A DNA stretch of 64,000 nt, taken from positions 11,720 to 75,719 of the forward strand of contig DAKS01000039.1 of the NCBI GenBank assembly GCA_002499195.1, read 5' to 3'. The notes under the pieces were generated by a model. The model saw only the letters and a list, made by a program, of their open reading frames with translations, ran no database searches and was not told the origin of the DNA. The DNA comes from Euryarchaeota archaeon UBA443 (lineage in GTDB: Archaea; Thermoplasmatota; Poseidoniia; Poseidoniales; Poseidoniaceae). Positions 1 to 9,760 of the stretch are shown here, piece after piece. Both the position numbers and the translations under genes were made by a program. Numbering within the stretch: the first letter of the stretch is position 1; every line of letters starts with the position of its first letter.

Positions 1-1
1 T

Positions 2-349
2 GCAGCGACCAACAGGCCGGATATTCTTGATAATGCTCTTTTACGGCCTGGTCGTTTTGATCGAATCATTGAAATTCCAATCCCTGAAGAAGAATCTCGC
101 CGAGCAATACTCAAACTTCACTTGTCTGAAATGAATACAAAAGGTGTTCGCCTTAAGGCCATTTCACAGGCTACTGATGGTTTCAGTGGGGCTGAGTTGA
201 GAGCAACATGTATTGAGGCGGGTATGATTGCAATTCGTTCTGACCGGGATACAGTCGTACATGCTGATGTTGTAAAAGCAATTGAGCGATTGAATAAGAA
301 GAAATCTCAATCAGGTGGGACATCATCTCCAGATGGTTTGTATGGATGA
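2..349 (+). CDS. pan: Proteasome-activating nucleotidase (PAN) AAA+ ATPase, C-terminal part; the 5' end lies upstream of the window.
   Basis: The open frame runs from base 2 (AATNRPDILDNALLRPGRFDRIIEIPIPEE...), matching the sensor-2/C-terminal region of 26S/PAN AAA ATPases. The protein ends in ...DGLYG, a hydrophobic-Tyr-X (HbYX) tail typical of proteasomal ATPases. Confidence 0.8.
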   Translation, partial: AATNRPDILDNALLRPGRFDRIIEIPIPEEESRRAILKLHLSEMNTKGVRLKAISQATDGFSGAELRATCIEAGMIAIRSDRDTVVHADVVKAIERLNKKKSQSGGTSSPDGLYG

Positions 350-388
350 TAGGTGAATGTTCAAAGTCCGACCTGTTAACCACCAATC

Positions 389-1429
389 ATGTCAAGCAAC
401 ATCGTTGAATGTGTTCCAAATATCTCCGAGGGGCGAGATCAAGACAAAATCAACAGAATTGTCGATGCTGCCCGCATAGATGGTGTCAAAATACTTGGTG
501 TTGAGCCAGATCCAGATTACAATAGAACAGTCATCACGTTCGCAGGTGCGAGTGATGCAGTCGAAAAAGCAGCGATCAAACTTATCGAGAAAGCAATAGA
601 AGAAATCGACATGAGAACACATTCAGGAGAACATCCTAGAATGGGATGTGTTGATGTTTGCCCTTTCATTCCCATTCGAAATGTTTCAATGGATGACTGT
701 GCTGCAATAGCTCATCGTGTAGCCAACGTGATTGCAGAACTGAACGTACCTGTTTTCCTCTATGGTTTTGCATCTACTTCTGACAAAAGGCGCTTACTTT
801 CCTCTCTAAGGAAAGGTGAATATGAGGGCTTAGAGGATCGATTCAATGATACTTCGTCGATTCATACAGATGATACAAGGCTCCCCGATTTAGGATTGAA
901 TAAGTGGACGGAATCCTCACAAAAAAGTGGTGGTATCACAATCGGTGCCCGTGATATTCTATTGGCATACAACGTCAATATCGATGATGCTAATCCCTAC
1001 GTGGCACAACAAATCGGTTCAATCGTTCGAAGTTCTGGACGCTTGATTAAATCCGCTGATGGTGAACGTAAATTCAGGACTAAGGGATTGCTATTACATG
1101 TACAGGGAATGGGCGTTCCACTTGAATCTCATAACATAAGTCAAGTATCGATGAACTTACAAAATTACCGAATAACAAATCTTCATCATGCCTTCGATAC
1201 GATCGAAAGTCTCTGCAAAAACATGAACAGTTCAACAAAGGGAAGTGAACTGGTGGGATTGGTACCACTCGATGCTATGCTTGATGCTGGTAAATGGTAT
1301 GGCGGAGATGGGTTATCAGAAATGGAATACATCGATATTGCAATTGAACGACTCGGATTGGATGCAATTGCTCCGTTTGATCCAAAAGAAAGAATCATTG
1401 AATGGGCGATAGAGGAGGGGCAAGTATGA
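389..1429 (+). CDS. ftcD: Glutamate formimidoyltransferase (formiminotransferase domain protein).
   Basis: The N-terminus reads MSSNIVECVPNISEGRD; the ECVPNxSEGR signature of the formiminotransferase family is present. Length is 346 aa. Confidence 0.75.
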   Translation: MSSNIVECVPNISEGRDQDKINRIVDAARIDGVKILGVEPDPDYNRTVITFAGASDAVEKAAIKLIEKAIEEIDMRTHSGEHPRMGCVDVCPFIPIRNVSMDDCAAIAHRVANVIAELNVPVFLYGFASTSDKRRLLSSLRKGEYEGLEDRFNDTSSIHTDDTRLPDLGLNKWTESSQKSGGITIGARDILLAYNVNIDDANPYVAQQIGSIVRSSGRLIKSADGERKFRTKGLLLHVQGMGVPLESHNISQVSMNLQNYRITNLHHAFDTIESLCKNMNSSTKGSELVGLVPLDAMLDAGKWYGGDGLSEMEYIDIAIERLGLDAIAPFDPKERIIEWAIEEGQV

Positions 1430-2055
1430 CTTGGGCTGGCAAAACATTACAGGAATTTCAAGCTGCACTTGCAAGTGACGATCCTACACCAGGCGGAGGT
1501 TCAGCAGCAGGGGTAGCACTCGGACAGGCTGCTGCCTTGGCTGTGATGGTTAGTGATTTAACACTCTCAAAAGAATCCCTCAAGGAAGGTTGGTCAATAT
1601 CAGAACGCGTTAAAGAAGTAGCATTGCCCTTGCTCGATTTAGGTCTTGAATTGGCAACACAGGACAGTCAATCCTTTGATGCGGTCGTCGAATCGTTTCG
1701 ATTACCAAAAGAAACCGATGAAGAAAAATCTCAACGAAGGGTTGCCATAAGATCTGCAACATTGGGTGCTGCAGAAGTTCCGTATCGTACTGCAGTAGCA
1801 GCGTTAAATTTGCTCAAACTTCTACCTGAGTTAGCGGAAAAGGGTAACGGAAATGCAGCATCGGATGTTGGTGTGGCAGGATTGTTAGCATCAGCCGCTC
1901 TGAAGGGTGCAATTTTCAATGTTGAAATCAATCTACAATCCCTACCCGATGATTATGGAGTGGATATGAGGAAGGAATTGCCTTCTTTAATCGAGGATGG
2001 TCGAGTTTATTCTAGGAAATGCATGGATGCGGTAAGGATTCGATTATCGAACTAG
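1426..2055 (+). CDS. Formimidoyl-/methenyl-tetrahydrofolate cyclodeaminase (FTCD cyclodeaminase-domain protein).
   Basis: It carries the PTPGGGSAAG motif characteristic of cyclodeaminase/cyclohydrolase. The ATG at 1426 overlaps the upstream stop as ATGA, suggesting translational coupling; the ORF track gives an alternative start at 1402. Confidence 0.7.
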   Translation: MTWAGKTLQEFQAALASDDPTPGGGSAAGVALGQAAALAVMVSDLTLSKESLKEGWSISERVKEVALPLLDLGLELATQDSQSFDAVVESFRLPKETDEEKSQRRVAIRSATLGAAEVPYRTAVAALNLLKLLPELAEKGNGNAASDVGVAGLLASAALKGAIFNVEINLQSLPDDYGVDMRKELPSLIEDGRVYSRKCMDAVRIRLSN

Positions 2056-4287
2056 TGATCCTGTGGCTATATCTCCATCTAAAGTGACCAATCGAACGGT
2101 ATCATTTCCATCATCAGCTGCAAGCATCATACCTTGACTGACGACACCTCGAAGAGGACGCGGTTGTAAGTTTGCAACGAAGACGACAGATTTGTTGAGG
2201 AGTTCTTCAGCAGAATAGTATGCTTTAATTCCAGCACAAATGGTACGCCCATCTTCACTTCCATCGTCAAGTTTTACCACGTAAAGTCGGTCTGCGTTAG
2301 GATGGTCTTCGACAGATAATATTCGACCAACCCTTAATTCTACTTTCATGAAAGTATCAAAATCAAGATATTCGATACCTTCGGGTGCTTCATTCTTCAT
2401 GCTTTTCTTCTCCTTTTTTCCACCTTTTACTGCGTGGGTTACAGCGCTTGATTCTTCATTCTCTTCAACAAGGGATTGCTCTTCTTGGACGATCTCATCG
2501 ACATCCAATCGCTTGAACAACGGCTCGTAGGAAGATGATGGATTGTTCAGTTGTGCAGACCAATCGATCGCCTCTTGCCATGTAGCGTCATGCAAATCTT
2601 GCTCAATCCCTAGCATGTCCCATAATTTTTGAGCACTAAACGGCAAGAATGGTTGGGTGACAATGGCGAGATATCGACAAATTCTCCACCCGAATGCAAG
2701 AGAGGAAAGCGATTCAACACGTCCTTCTGAACCAACCTCGGTTTTCAGATGCTTCCATGGCATGGATGATTGTAAAAGTTGGTTCCCATGTTGTGCAGCT
2801 GTCATCGCTGTTCGCAGTGCCTCTTTGTATCGGTGCCTCTCAAGTGAAGTGGTCATATCGGAATGCAATTTCTCGAGCGTTTTGCACAGGTCTTCGTAGA
2901 GTTCTGTGTTATCAAATGCAGGTAGTGATTCTCCGCCAGGTGTATCGGGTAAGCGTGAGGAAAGCGAAAGAACACGATTTACAAAATTTCCATAGGTTGC
3001 AATAAGTTCGTTATTGATTCGATCGACAAATTCTCCCCACGTGAAATCAGTATCATGTGATTCAGGCATGTTGATGCTCAAATAATATCGCAATGTATCG
3101 GGATCAAAACGCTCAAGGAATGAGGGCACCCATATTGCATGTTTTCTCGATTTAGAAAATTGCCCACCTGCAAGCATCAAATATTCCATTGCTGGGACAT
3201 TATCTTCCAATCGAAGACTCCCCTCCGATGGTAACTCAACTGGTTCATCAGCCGTTTTACCACTCCTAGCATGGTTTAGACCGATTAGAATAGCAGGCCA
3301 AATCACGGTGTGGAACGGAACATTGTCCTTGCCAAGGAAGTAATAATGACGTTGAATTGTATCATTGTTTTCAATCCACCATTGTTCCCAATTGTTACCA
3401 TCGCCAAAGGATTCTGACCATATTTGAGAGCACGTAAGATATCCTTGAACCGCTTCAAACCATACATAGATGCATTTACTATTCCAATCTTCACCATCAA
3501 GAGGTACATCGATTCCCCATTCCAAATCACGAGTGACTGCACGGGGGCGGAGACCCATATCCAACCATTGCTTAGTCATGGCGCGAACGTTTGGCTTCCA
3601 AACCGCATGGTTATTTTCAGCATGCTGCTCTAGTGCATTTTGGAATAAGTCTAGCCGATAAAAAAGGTGTTCAGTATCTCGAATTTCAACAGTAAGTTCA
3701 GGATTCATTTTCGACACAGGATTCTTCAATTCATACGACTCATATGTGGCGCCACAAGCATCACACTGGTCTCCTCTAGCGCCATCCTCTCCGCAAGAGG
3801 GGCATGTTCCCTCAATATATCGATCCGGTAAGAATCGCCCTCCACCACTAGGGTGGACTTCGAAATATTGTTGCATCGTTCTTTTCTCGAAAAAACCAGC
3901 ATTGTACAAGAGCATGAAATTTTCTTGAACTTTTTCTTTGTGTCTTGTATCACTTGTTCGATTGAACAGTGAACCACCATATCCAATCCCACGTCGATCG
4001 ATATTTGGTATCCATGTGCATCCTAAATCGAGAAGTGCCTGAGTATTTATTCTATGATATTCATCGACGATATCCTGTGGAGAAACACCTTCTTGTTCAG
4101 CAGTTACAGTAATTGGTGTACCGTGTTCATCTGAACCTGATACCATCAATACGCGATTTCCGCGTGCACGCTCAAATCGAGCGTATATGTCGGGCGGAAG
4201 GTAACAACCTGCCACGTGTCCAAGGTGAAGTGGCCCGTTTGCATAGGGCCAAGCGACACACACGAGAACGTGGTCACCATCCGACAT
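2044..4287 (-). CDS. metG: Methionyl-tRNA synthetase with a fused C-terminal tRNA-binding (EMAP/Trbp111-like) domain.
   Basis: A class I HLGH motif is present (PYANGPLHLGHVAG). The fused C-terminal tRNA-binding fold reads VELRVGRILSVEDHPNADRLYVVKLDDG. Length is 747 aa. Confidence 0.9.
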   Translation of the reverse strand: MSDGDHVLVCVAWPYANGPLHLGHVAGCYLPPDIYARFERARGNRVLMVSGSDEHGTPITVTAEQEGVSPQDIVDEYHRINTQALLDLGCTWIPNIDRRGIGYGGSLFNRTSDTRHKEKVQENFMLLYNAGFFEKRTMQQYFEVHPSGGGRFLPDRYIEGTCPSCGEDGARGDQCDACGATYESYELKNPVSKMNPELTVEIRDTEHLFYRLDLFQNALEQHAENNHAVWKPNVRAMTKQWLDMGLRPRAVTRDLEWGIDVPLDGEDWNSKCIYVWFEAVQGYLTCSQIWSESFGDGNNWEQWWIENNDTIQRHYYFLGKDNVPFHTVIWPAILIGLNHARSGKTADEPVELPSEGSLRLEDNVPAMEYLMLAGGQFSKSRKHAIWVPSFLERFDPDTLRYYLSINMPESHDTDFTWGEFVDRINNELIATYGNFVNRVLSLSSRLPDTPGGESLPAFDNTELYEDLCKTLEKLHSDMTTSLERHRYKEALRTAMTAAQHGNQLLQSSMPWKHLKTEVGSEGRVESLSSLAFGWRICRYLAIVTQPFLPFSAQKLWDMLGIEQDLHDATWQEAIDWSAQLNNPSSSYEPLFKRLDVDEIVQEEQSLVEENEESSAVTHAVKGGKKEKKSMKNEAPEGIEYLDFDTFMKVELRVGRILSVEDHPNADRLYVVKLDDGSEDGRTICAGIKAYYSAEELLNKSVVFVANLQPRPLRGVVSQGMMLAADDGNDTVRLVTLDGDIATGSLVR

Positions 4288-4405
4288 ATTGAGCGCTAAC
4301 AGGCATTGATTTTCAAATCAACCCTTTCATTCAATCAAAAACAACATTTTCAAGAAGCAGAACGTACTGGCCGAACTATCCAAAGGACAGGAGTTCCCGT
4401 TCAAT

Positions 4406-5440
4406 ATGAACCTAACTTTACTCATTTTTTATACAGCACTTGCTCTTGGCGTTTCGTTTATTTGTTCTATTTTGGAAGCGGTTGTCTTATCCATTCCGAA
4501 CACCCAAGTAGCTGTATGGCAAAAAGATAAGAACAAGCGTGGAGATCTTTGGGCCAAACTCAAAGCAGATGATTCTGTAAAACCACTTACTGCAATTTTG
4601 ACATTAAACACAATTGCACATACAATGGGGGCTGCAGGAGTAGGTTCTGAAGTTCAGGACAAATTTGGAAATGAATATCTAACCATTGCATCGGTTATTC
4701 TTACACTCGCGGTTCTTTTCTTATCTGAGATAATACCCAAGACTCTAGGTACAGCATATTGGCGACAACTTTCACTCATCTCTGGTCGAGTTCTCAATTC
4801 CATTACAATTGCATTGGTCTTTATCATCGCACCAATACAGTGGATGAAGAAGATTCTACCGAAAACAGACGGACAACTCGTTACGAGGGATGATCTAGCC
4901 GCTCTTGCAGATTTAGGAGAAGAAGAAGGAGCTTTGATGGAGGATGAAGAGACTGTCATCCATAACTTACTGAGACTTCGAGAAATACCGATTACGGATG
5001 TAATGACGCCACGGGTTGTTGTAACTGCATTGCAGCAAGACATGACGGTACGAGAAGTTCTTGATGAATATCCAGTGCTTAGATTCTCACGCATGCCTGT
5101 TTACTCAGAATCCGTAGATGAAATTCAAGGAGTGGTGATTAGGTCTGAATTACTCGTGGCAGCAAGCCGTGACGAATGGGGACGCGTAGTTAGTGAGTTC
5201 ATGAAGCCAGTACATTCTCTTACGACTAAACAAAGTGTTGATGCTGCCCTAGATATGTTACTAGAACGTCGACAGCAATTTGCTGTCGTACAGGATGAAT
5301 TCGGAGGTACGTCAGGAATCATCACCATGGAAGATGTATTGGAAACACTTCTTGGTGAGGAAATTGTCGATGAACTTGACGAGGTTGATGACATGCGTGA
5401 ATTGGCACGAGGACAAACAGTTTCAGACGAAGAAGAGTGA
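4406..5440 (+). CDS. CNNM/CorC-family divalent-cation transporter (DUF21 transmembrane domain plus a CBS pair).
   Basis: A four-TM N-terminal DUF21-like region is followed by two CBS-like segments (ITDVMTPRVVVTAL... and VVQDEFGGTSGIITMEDVLE). It has an acidic C-terminus and no CorC_HlyC domain. Confidence 0.7.
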   Translation: MNLTLLIFYTALALGVSFICSILEAVVLSIPNTQVAVWQKDKNKRGDLWAKLKADDSVKPLTAILTLNTIAHTMGAAGVGSEVQDKFGNEYLTIASVILTLAVLFLSEIIPKTLGTAYWRQLSLISGRVLNSITIALVFIIAPIQWMKKILPKTDGQLVTRDDLAALADLGEEEGALMEDEETVIHNLLRLREIPITDVMTPRVVVTALQQDMTVREVLDEYPVLRFSRMPVYSESVDEIQGVVIRSELLVAASRDEWGRVVSEFMKPVHSLTTKQSVDAALDMLLERRQQFAVVQDEFGGTSGIITMEDVLETLLGEEIVDELDEVDDMRELARGQTVSDEEE

Positions 5441-6397
5441 TTTTTCCTCCATCCATTCCTCAATTAATCGATCACGTGAAGAATTGTTCTTTTCATGTGA
5501 ATGTTTCAATTCTTCAACGATATGATATGTGAAATCTGATTCATTTTTAGAATGGACATCGATCAATAAATCAGCGTGTATTGTACCCAGTGTCGCATCA
5601 TTTTTGGCTTGAACAAGCAAGGTTGGACACGAAGGAAATCCCCAATGAGGAGTGATGAGTTCTTCTACTGATTCAACAGTAAATATTGGCAGATTGAGTC
5701 GATTGTAATAATTCAGTAATCTATGCATCATGGCCTTGTGAAGGAAAGCAGGGATTTTCAAAAATTCACATGTCTGATTATTGATGTATTCATACGAAGT
5801 TACAGGAGATTCCAATACCATACCCAGGGCCTTGTCCGATGTTTGGAGTTCATTACGCATGACTCGTTGAGCTACAAATCCCCCTAAACTGTGGCCGTGA
5901 ATGATAAATCCATTCTTTAACCATCCTCGCTCTTCAAACACATTTAGGACGGATTCAAGATCATGACACACATGAAGAGCAGCCCAATTGGGAACTCGCT
6001 TATTTCCACCATGAGCACGCATCTCAAACAAGATACAATTGTATCCTAACTTCTCATACAAATCACTACGTCCAGTCATGTTAAGGGCCCGAGAATTCCA
6101 TCCATGTATAAGAATTGCAAGTGGCTTATCAATATCGATTGTTTTCGACAACCAACGTACTGGATAACCCAAGACATCGTATTCCTCCCATTCCCATTCT
6201 GATGGTAGAGGCTGATCATTCCGTCTCGCTGGAAGCCTTAGCATGAATCCCAAGCATAAGGCAAACCACAAATCTAGGATTATGAGCGGTGCCAAATAGA
6301 GGATGAAGATTGATTTATCGAAATATACAGCAATAGGGACGAGAAAAACCCATGCGATTGCATGCGTAAAAAATGCCGCGAATCTATGAGACTGCAT
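5423..6397 (-). CDS. Membrane-anchored alpha/beta-hydrolase (serine hydrolase).
   Basis: An N-terminal pair of TM helices is followed by a hydrolase fold with an HGWN oxyanion region and a GHSLGG nucleophile elbow (GxSxG). Confidence 0.6.
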   Translation of the reverse strand: MQSHRFAAFFTHAIAWVFLVPIAVYFDKSIFILYLAPLIILDLWFALCLGFMLRLPARRNDQPLPSEWEWEEYDVLGYPVRWLSKTIDIDKPLAILIHGWNSRALNMTGRSDLYEKLGYNCILFEMRAHGGNKRVPNWAALHVCHDLESVLNVFEERGWLKNGFIIHGHSLGGFVAQRVMRNELQTSDKALGMVLESPVTSYEYINNQTCEFLKIPAFLHKAMMHRLLNYYNRLNLPIFTVESVEELITPHWGFPSCPTLLVQAKNDATLGTIHADLLIDVHSKNESDFTYHIVEELKHSHEKNNSSRDRLIEEWMEEKSLFFV

Positions 6398-6411
6398 GAA
6401 GATTGATTCCT

Positions 6412-7260
6412 TCAGTCTTCTTTGTTGTCTTCTGCTTCTTCTTCGCCTTTGTCGTCTTCAGAGTCCTTCTCAGCGACCTTGGCTTCACGAGCCTTCGCTT
6501 TTTCTTCTACACGCTTAGCATACTTTTCACCAAACTGACTCATGCTTTCCAGACGTGCACGGAAACCGGATGTTGCTTTCTCTTCAGGTATATAGCGAAC
6601 GAGATAGGTTCCGAACATCAAATCAAACAGTCCTTGGTTTAGATCACTGTTACGGGAGAACTGCCAATTTACAATCCATAGAATCATGAAAATTGCTCCT
6701 AGAGAAGTCGCGACAATTGGCCCTGTTCCACCATCGGATATCTTTCCAACTTGGGTGAAAATCAAAAGGAATCCAATCAGTGATAGGAGACCGATATTGT
6801 TTGCAAGCAGTGGATGGAGGAACATGGGCTTCGAACCATCTCCGCGGATGTTTCGAGTTGAAGAAGTAAATTGACCAAGATTTCGTCCTGTGTTAAATGG
6901 TAGGAATATCGAATTGAACGCCCAAACAGCAAAAGCAGCAATTAAAACAATCGTCCCGGCAACTCCTCCATTTCCTGCACCGCCACCATATGCGTTTAGG
7001 AATACAGCAGTAATGATCAACGAGAAATTAACAGTGAAATTGACCCACCAAGAAATGATACGACTCAACTTTGGAGCGATTTCGAATTCATCTGAAAGGC
7101 TAGCAGGACGAGGTTTCTTTTCCTTCTTTTTCTTTTCTTTTTTGGCCTTTACCGGCGCTGCCTTAGCCACCTTAGCGGCCTTAGCTGCCTTAGCTGCCTT
7201 TACAGGTTCTTTCTTAACGACCTCTTTTTCACTTGATTCAACTTTGTCGAGTAGTCCCAT
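6412..7260 (-). CDS. Hypothetical membrane protein with a histone-H1-like Lys/Ala-repeat N-tail and an acidic C-tail.
   Basis: KAAKAAKAAKVAKAAPVKAKKEKKKKEKK is followed by about 5 TM helices and an ...EKDSEDDKGEEEAEDNKED tail. I recognise no family. Confidence 0.5.
   Translation of the reverse strand: MGLLDKVESSEKEVVKKEPVKAAKAAKAAKVAKAAPVKAKKEKKKKEKKPRPASLSDEFEIAPKLSRIISWWVNFTVNFSLIITAVFLNAYGGGAGNGGVAGTIVLIAAFAVWAFNSIFLPFNTGRNLGQFTSSTRNIRGDGSKPMFLHPLLANNIGLLSLIGFLLIFTQVGKISDGGTGPIVATSLGAIFMILWIVNWQFSRNSDLNQGLFDLMFGTYLVRYIPEEKATSGFRARLESMSQFGEKYAKRVEEKAKAREAKVAEKDSEDDKGEEEAEDNKED
7140..7205. repeat. Short tandem 9-bp repeat (gccttagc[tcg]) encoding the KAAKAAKAAK tail of the 6412..7260 protein.
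   Basis: Directly visible: ctgccttagccaccttagcggccttagctgccttagctgcc. Confidence 0.6.
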
Positions 7261-7273
7261 TTTCTCGCCTCAT

Positions 7274-8224
7274 TCATGTGTACATTTCTGAAATTTGTTT
7301 GTATATTGCAAAGTCGCCTGACTCAACAAAAGCATTGATCGATGCATCTGGCATGTTGGCTAGTTGCTCATCTATGATAGTGAAAAATTGTCCCCGGCGT
7401 TCATCATCGATTGCTGATGGATCTACTCCAACCTCTTTGAAGAGTTCAAAATCATCCGAAGCAAGGAAAGACTGAATTGCATCTTCGGGCAGTTCATCAC
7501 CGAGTAAATCATTGACTATGGTGAAGAATTGTGAGAACAGAGTATCAGCCTCATCGAGGCTTGTTTCTTCAAGTTCTTCAGTAGATTCTTCCTCTTCTTC
7601 ATCATTTGAAGGGGCTTCTTGAGTGGGTTCAGGTTGAATCATCAGAGAGCGGCGCTCAGCCATAAGTTCCTCAAGCTGAGGGACGAGAACTCGAAGAGTG
7701 TCTTTGTCACCTGCTGCTTTTGCCGCTTTGTATTGCGGTTTTAGTTCACGAAGCATATTTTCAACCTCCGTTAGTCGGTCAGGTTCTTCTTCATCAAGTA
7801 ATTCTACAACAGGAGCGCCGCGAGCCTCATTCAGTGCCTCTTCACGTTCCTTTTTTCTCAGCACAATAATATCACGGTCTAGTTCGTGGCCAAAGCGATC
7901 TGAATATCGATCGAGAAGCGAACCGGATTCACCAGTTCCTAAGCGATCGATTGCGCCGTAAATTTGTGGCAGTGGTTTTGCTGAACGTTTAGCCCAAAGA
8001 TCTCCGTATTCATTGGATGGCTCCTCTGCTTCCGAAGGCGCAGGAGGTTGTTCAAGTGGTATTGGGGTAGGCGCTGGTGGCAATTCTGGTTGAGGCAATG
8101 GCGCGGGAACTGGAGCATCTGGCAATGGAGGTAAAGGCGCTCCAGGTAGGGGCGGCATACCGGGTAATGGAGGCAATGGTGAAGGCGGAGTTTGTGGCGA
8201 TTTGTTCTTTTTCCGACGTCGCAT
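7274..8224 (-). CDS. Hypothetical proline-rich protein with PPLP repeats and an acidic C-terminal internal duplication.
   Basis: A basic N-terminus (MRRRKKNK) is followed by PPLPGMPPLPGAPLPPLP... and two paralogous about-35-aa acidic repeats (SFLASDDFELFKEVGVD and NAFVESGDFAIYKQI). No known domain. Confidence 0.5.
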   Translation of the reverse strand: MRRRKKNKSPQTPPSPLPPLPGMPPLPGAPLPPLPDAPVPAPLPQPELPPAPTPIPLEQPPAPSEAEEPSNEYGDLWAKRSAKPLPQIYGAIDRLGTGESGSLLDRYSDRFGHELDRDIIVLRKKEREEALNEARGAPVVELLDEEEPDRLTEVENMLRELKPQYKAAKAAGDKDTLRVLVPQLEELMAERRSLMIQPEPTQEAPSNDEEEEESTEELEETSLDEADTLFSQFFTIVNDLLGDELPEDAIQSFLASDDFELFKEVGVDPSAIDDERRGQFFTIIDEQLANMPDASINAFVESGDFAIYKQISEMYT

Positions 8225-8308
8225 TTACTCACCTCTATTCTGACTGGATGCCATTCTACCCTTGAACCTTACCACAATTAGAACATGAAAATGTGCATCT
8301 TAGAACAC

Positions 8309-9514
8309 TCATTGCTGGACCATTCTTCCCCATCCCTTTAGGCTAAGGAATGTTGCAGCTGATTCTGAAACATGGAGCCTATCTCCAACAGATACATCAT
8401 GCTGCTCATCACCAAAACGGAGTATTGCATCATCAACCACAATCTCTACATCGATTGATTTTTCCTTACCAAACACAAATGCTTCACTTAAAGCATCAAA
8501 CGGATTAGAACCATCACTGTCCAGCCTCTGGAGAGGGAACTCAGTGACCCGCATACCTGTTTTTCCATGAAGAGAAGTGGGCCAACGTATTTGTCGACGA
8601 ACATCAATGGTGACAACCTCATCGGTTTCACCTGCTGCTCCTAGTACGATTGATGCATCCGACTTAACAAGGTCAAGAAACAATCCTTGATGAGCTCCTA
8701 ATCGCGAAATTTGCCCATTTGTAATAGATTCACGGCGATCCTCATGAAGAAACATATTCGCTAACTTTTGTATGCTCGCAGGGCCCTTGCCGGGCTTTCC
8801 TTCACGCCGAAGGTTTTCCTTCAAACCAAGGTGCAGATCCTTCATAATTTTTGATGATCCATCCTCTTCTTGTGCGATAAGAACAAGTTTGTCGATCAAA
8901 GTAGGAATCTGATTTCGAATCCTCTTTGTCCAGCCATTTGCGCTAGAATCGTTCAACCTCGTTAAACCGCCATGAACATCGACACCTTCGCCACGGATAT
9001 GTGAGACCAATTCACGTCTTGCTTCAGAATCTAAATGGAACAATGATGGGTCGCGGTAATGCAAGTGGAACCCGCGATGACCAGAAAAGGTCACCTGTAA
9101 AAATGAGTCATCGAATCCAAACTCAGGTTCAAGAAAGTCATTCCATAGTGAGTGGGCTTGGTCTCGTATAACATCCAACATTGCAGGGAAATCACGATCT
9201 GTTACGCCGGGAAGGTGATCGCCATCTAGATCGAAAATAAGATCAGCCCCCTGCCACATTTTGTCGTCCATTTTCAATTCATACGGCTTTTGCCAATATG
9301 CTGTAGAATAGAAGCATGAATGCATAGCTCGTTCTGACAAAAACTGTCTCAAGTCCTGCTCATTTCTAAATGACTTATGGCGCAGTGGAGGAGCACCCCC
9401 GAATGGAATGAACATCCATTCACGTTTTGGCATTCTAGGAGGCCGCCAAAATGTGGAATTACGATAATATTGGCCAAACCGATGCGCAAAACGTGCCCAT
9501 CCTGATGAAGCCAT
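8309..9514 (-). CDS. priS: DNA primase small (catalytic) subunit PriS.
   Basis: A catalytic acidic motif (ADLIFDLDGDH) and the overall archaeo-eukaryotic primase layout are present. Length is 401 aa. Confidence 0.75.
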   Translation of the reverse strand: MASSGWARFAHRFGQYYRNSTFWRPPRMPKREWMFIPFGGAPPLRHKSFRNEQDLRQFLSERAMHSCFYSTAYWQKPYELKMDDKMWQGADLIFDLDGDHLPGVTDRDFPAMLDVIRDQAHSLWNDFLEPEFGFDDSFLQVTFSGHRGFHLHYRDPSLFHLDSEARRELVSHIRGEGVDVHGGLTRLNDSSANGWTKRIRNQIPTLIDKLVLIAQEEDGSSKIMKDLHLGLKENLRREGKPGKGPASIQKLANMFLHEDRRESITNGQISRLGAHQGLFLDLVKSDASIVLGAAGETDEVVTIDVRRQIRWPTSLHGKTGMRVTEFPLQRLDSDGSNPFDALSEAFVFGKEKSIDVEIVVDDAILRFGDEQHDVSVGDRLHVSESAATFLSLKGWGRMVQQ

Positions 9515-9550
9515 GAGGAAGCCTAGCGTTGACAGTTCTTGAACGCAACC

Positions 9551-9760
9551 CTAATCGTTCTTCATGTAGAATTTTTGTTCTGTTTCTCCAACAACAGTAA
9601 CCGTGTCTGCGCCGGTTATTGCAACATAATGATCCCAACAGTAGTAATGCTGGTTATGGACCATAGCAGACCCGAAGGTAAGGCGAATACCGCACTCATG
9701 ACATCTAGGACCAATCTCTCCATTTGGCGCTTGTGCGAGTTGAACATGTTCTTGCGGCAT
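9551..9760 (-). CDS. Small Cys/His-rich protein, possibly zinc-binding.
   Basis: A 69-aa ORF fills the gap between priS and the HEAT protein on the same strand. It carries a CHECG...HNQHYYCWDHY cluster. The overlapping plus-strand ORF 9539..9772 looks less protein-like. Confidence 0.3.
   Translation of the reverse strand: MPQEHVQLAQAPNGEIGPRCHECGIRLTFGSAMVHNQHYYCWDHYVAITGADTVTVVGETEQKFYMKND

Noticed and set aside
2348-3661. Several 60-100-aa plus-strand ORFs (2348..2530, 2657..2899, 2694..3005, 3424..3633, 3470..3661) inside metG.
   Set aside because: They are antisense to a strongly supported MetRS CDS, have low-complexity composition and no motifs. I treat them as frame shadows.
4288-4405. 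The divergent intergenic region between metG and the CorC-like gene, checked for a tRNA or other ncRNA.
   Set aside because: No cloverleaf-compatible GTTC(G/A)A T-loop or acceptor pairing was seen. The same negative result holds for the other intergenic gaps, so no tRNA or rRNA is called in the window.
6686-7291. Plus-strand ORFs (6686..6874, 6890..7291) opposite the KAAK-repeat membrane protein, one with an AALAALAAF repeat.
   Set aside because: The repeat is just the reverse-complement reading of the 9-bp KAAK-coding tandem. The minus-strand protein has coherent TM topology, so the plus ORFs are rejected.
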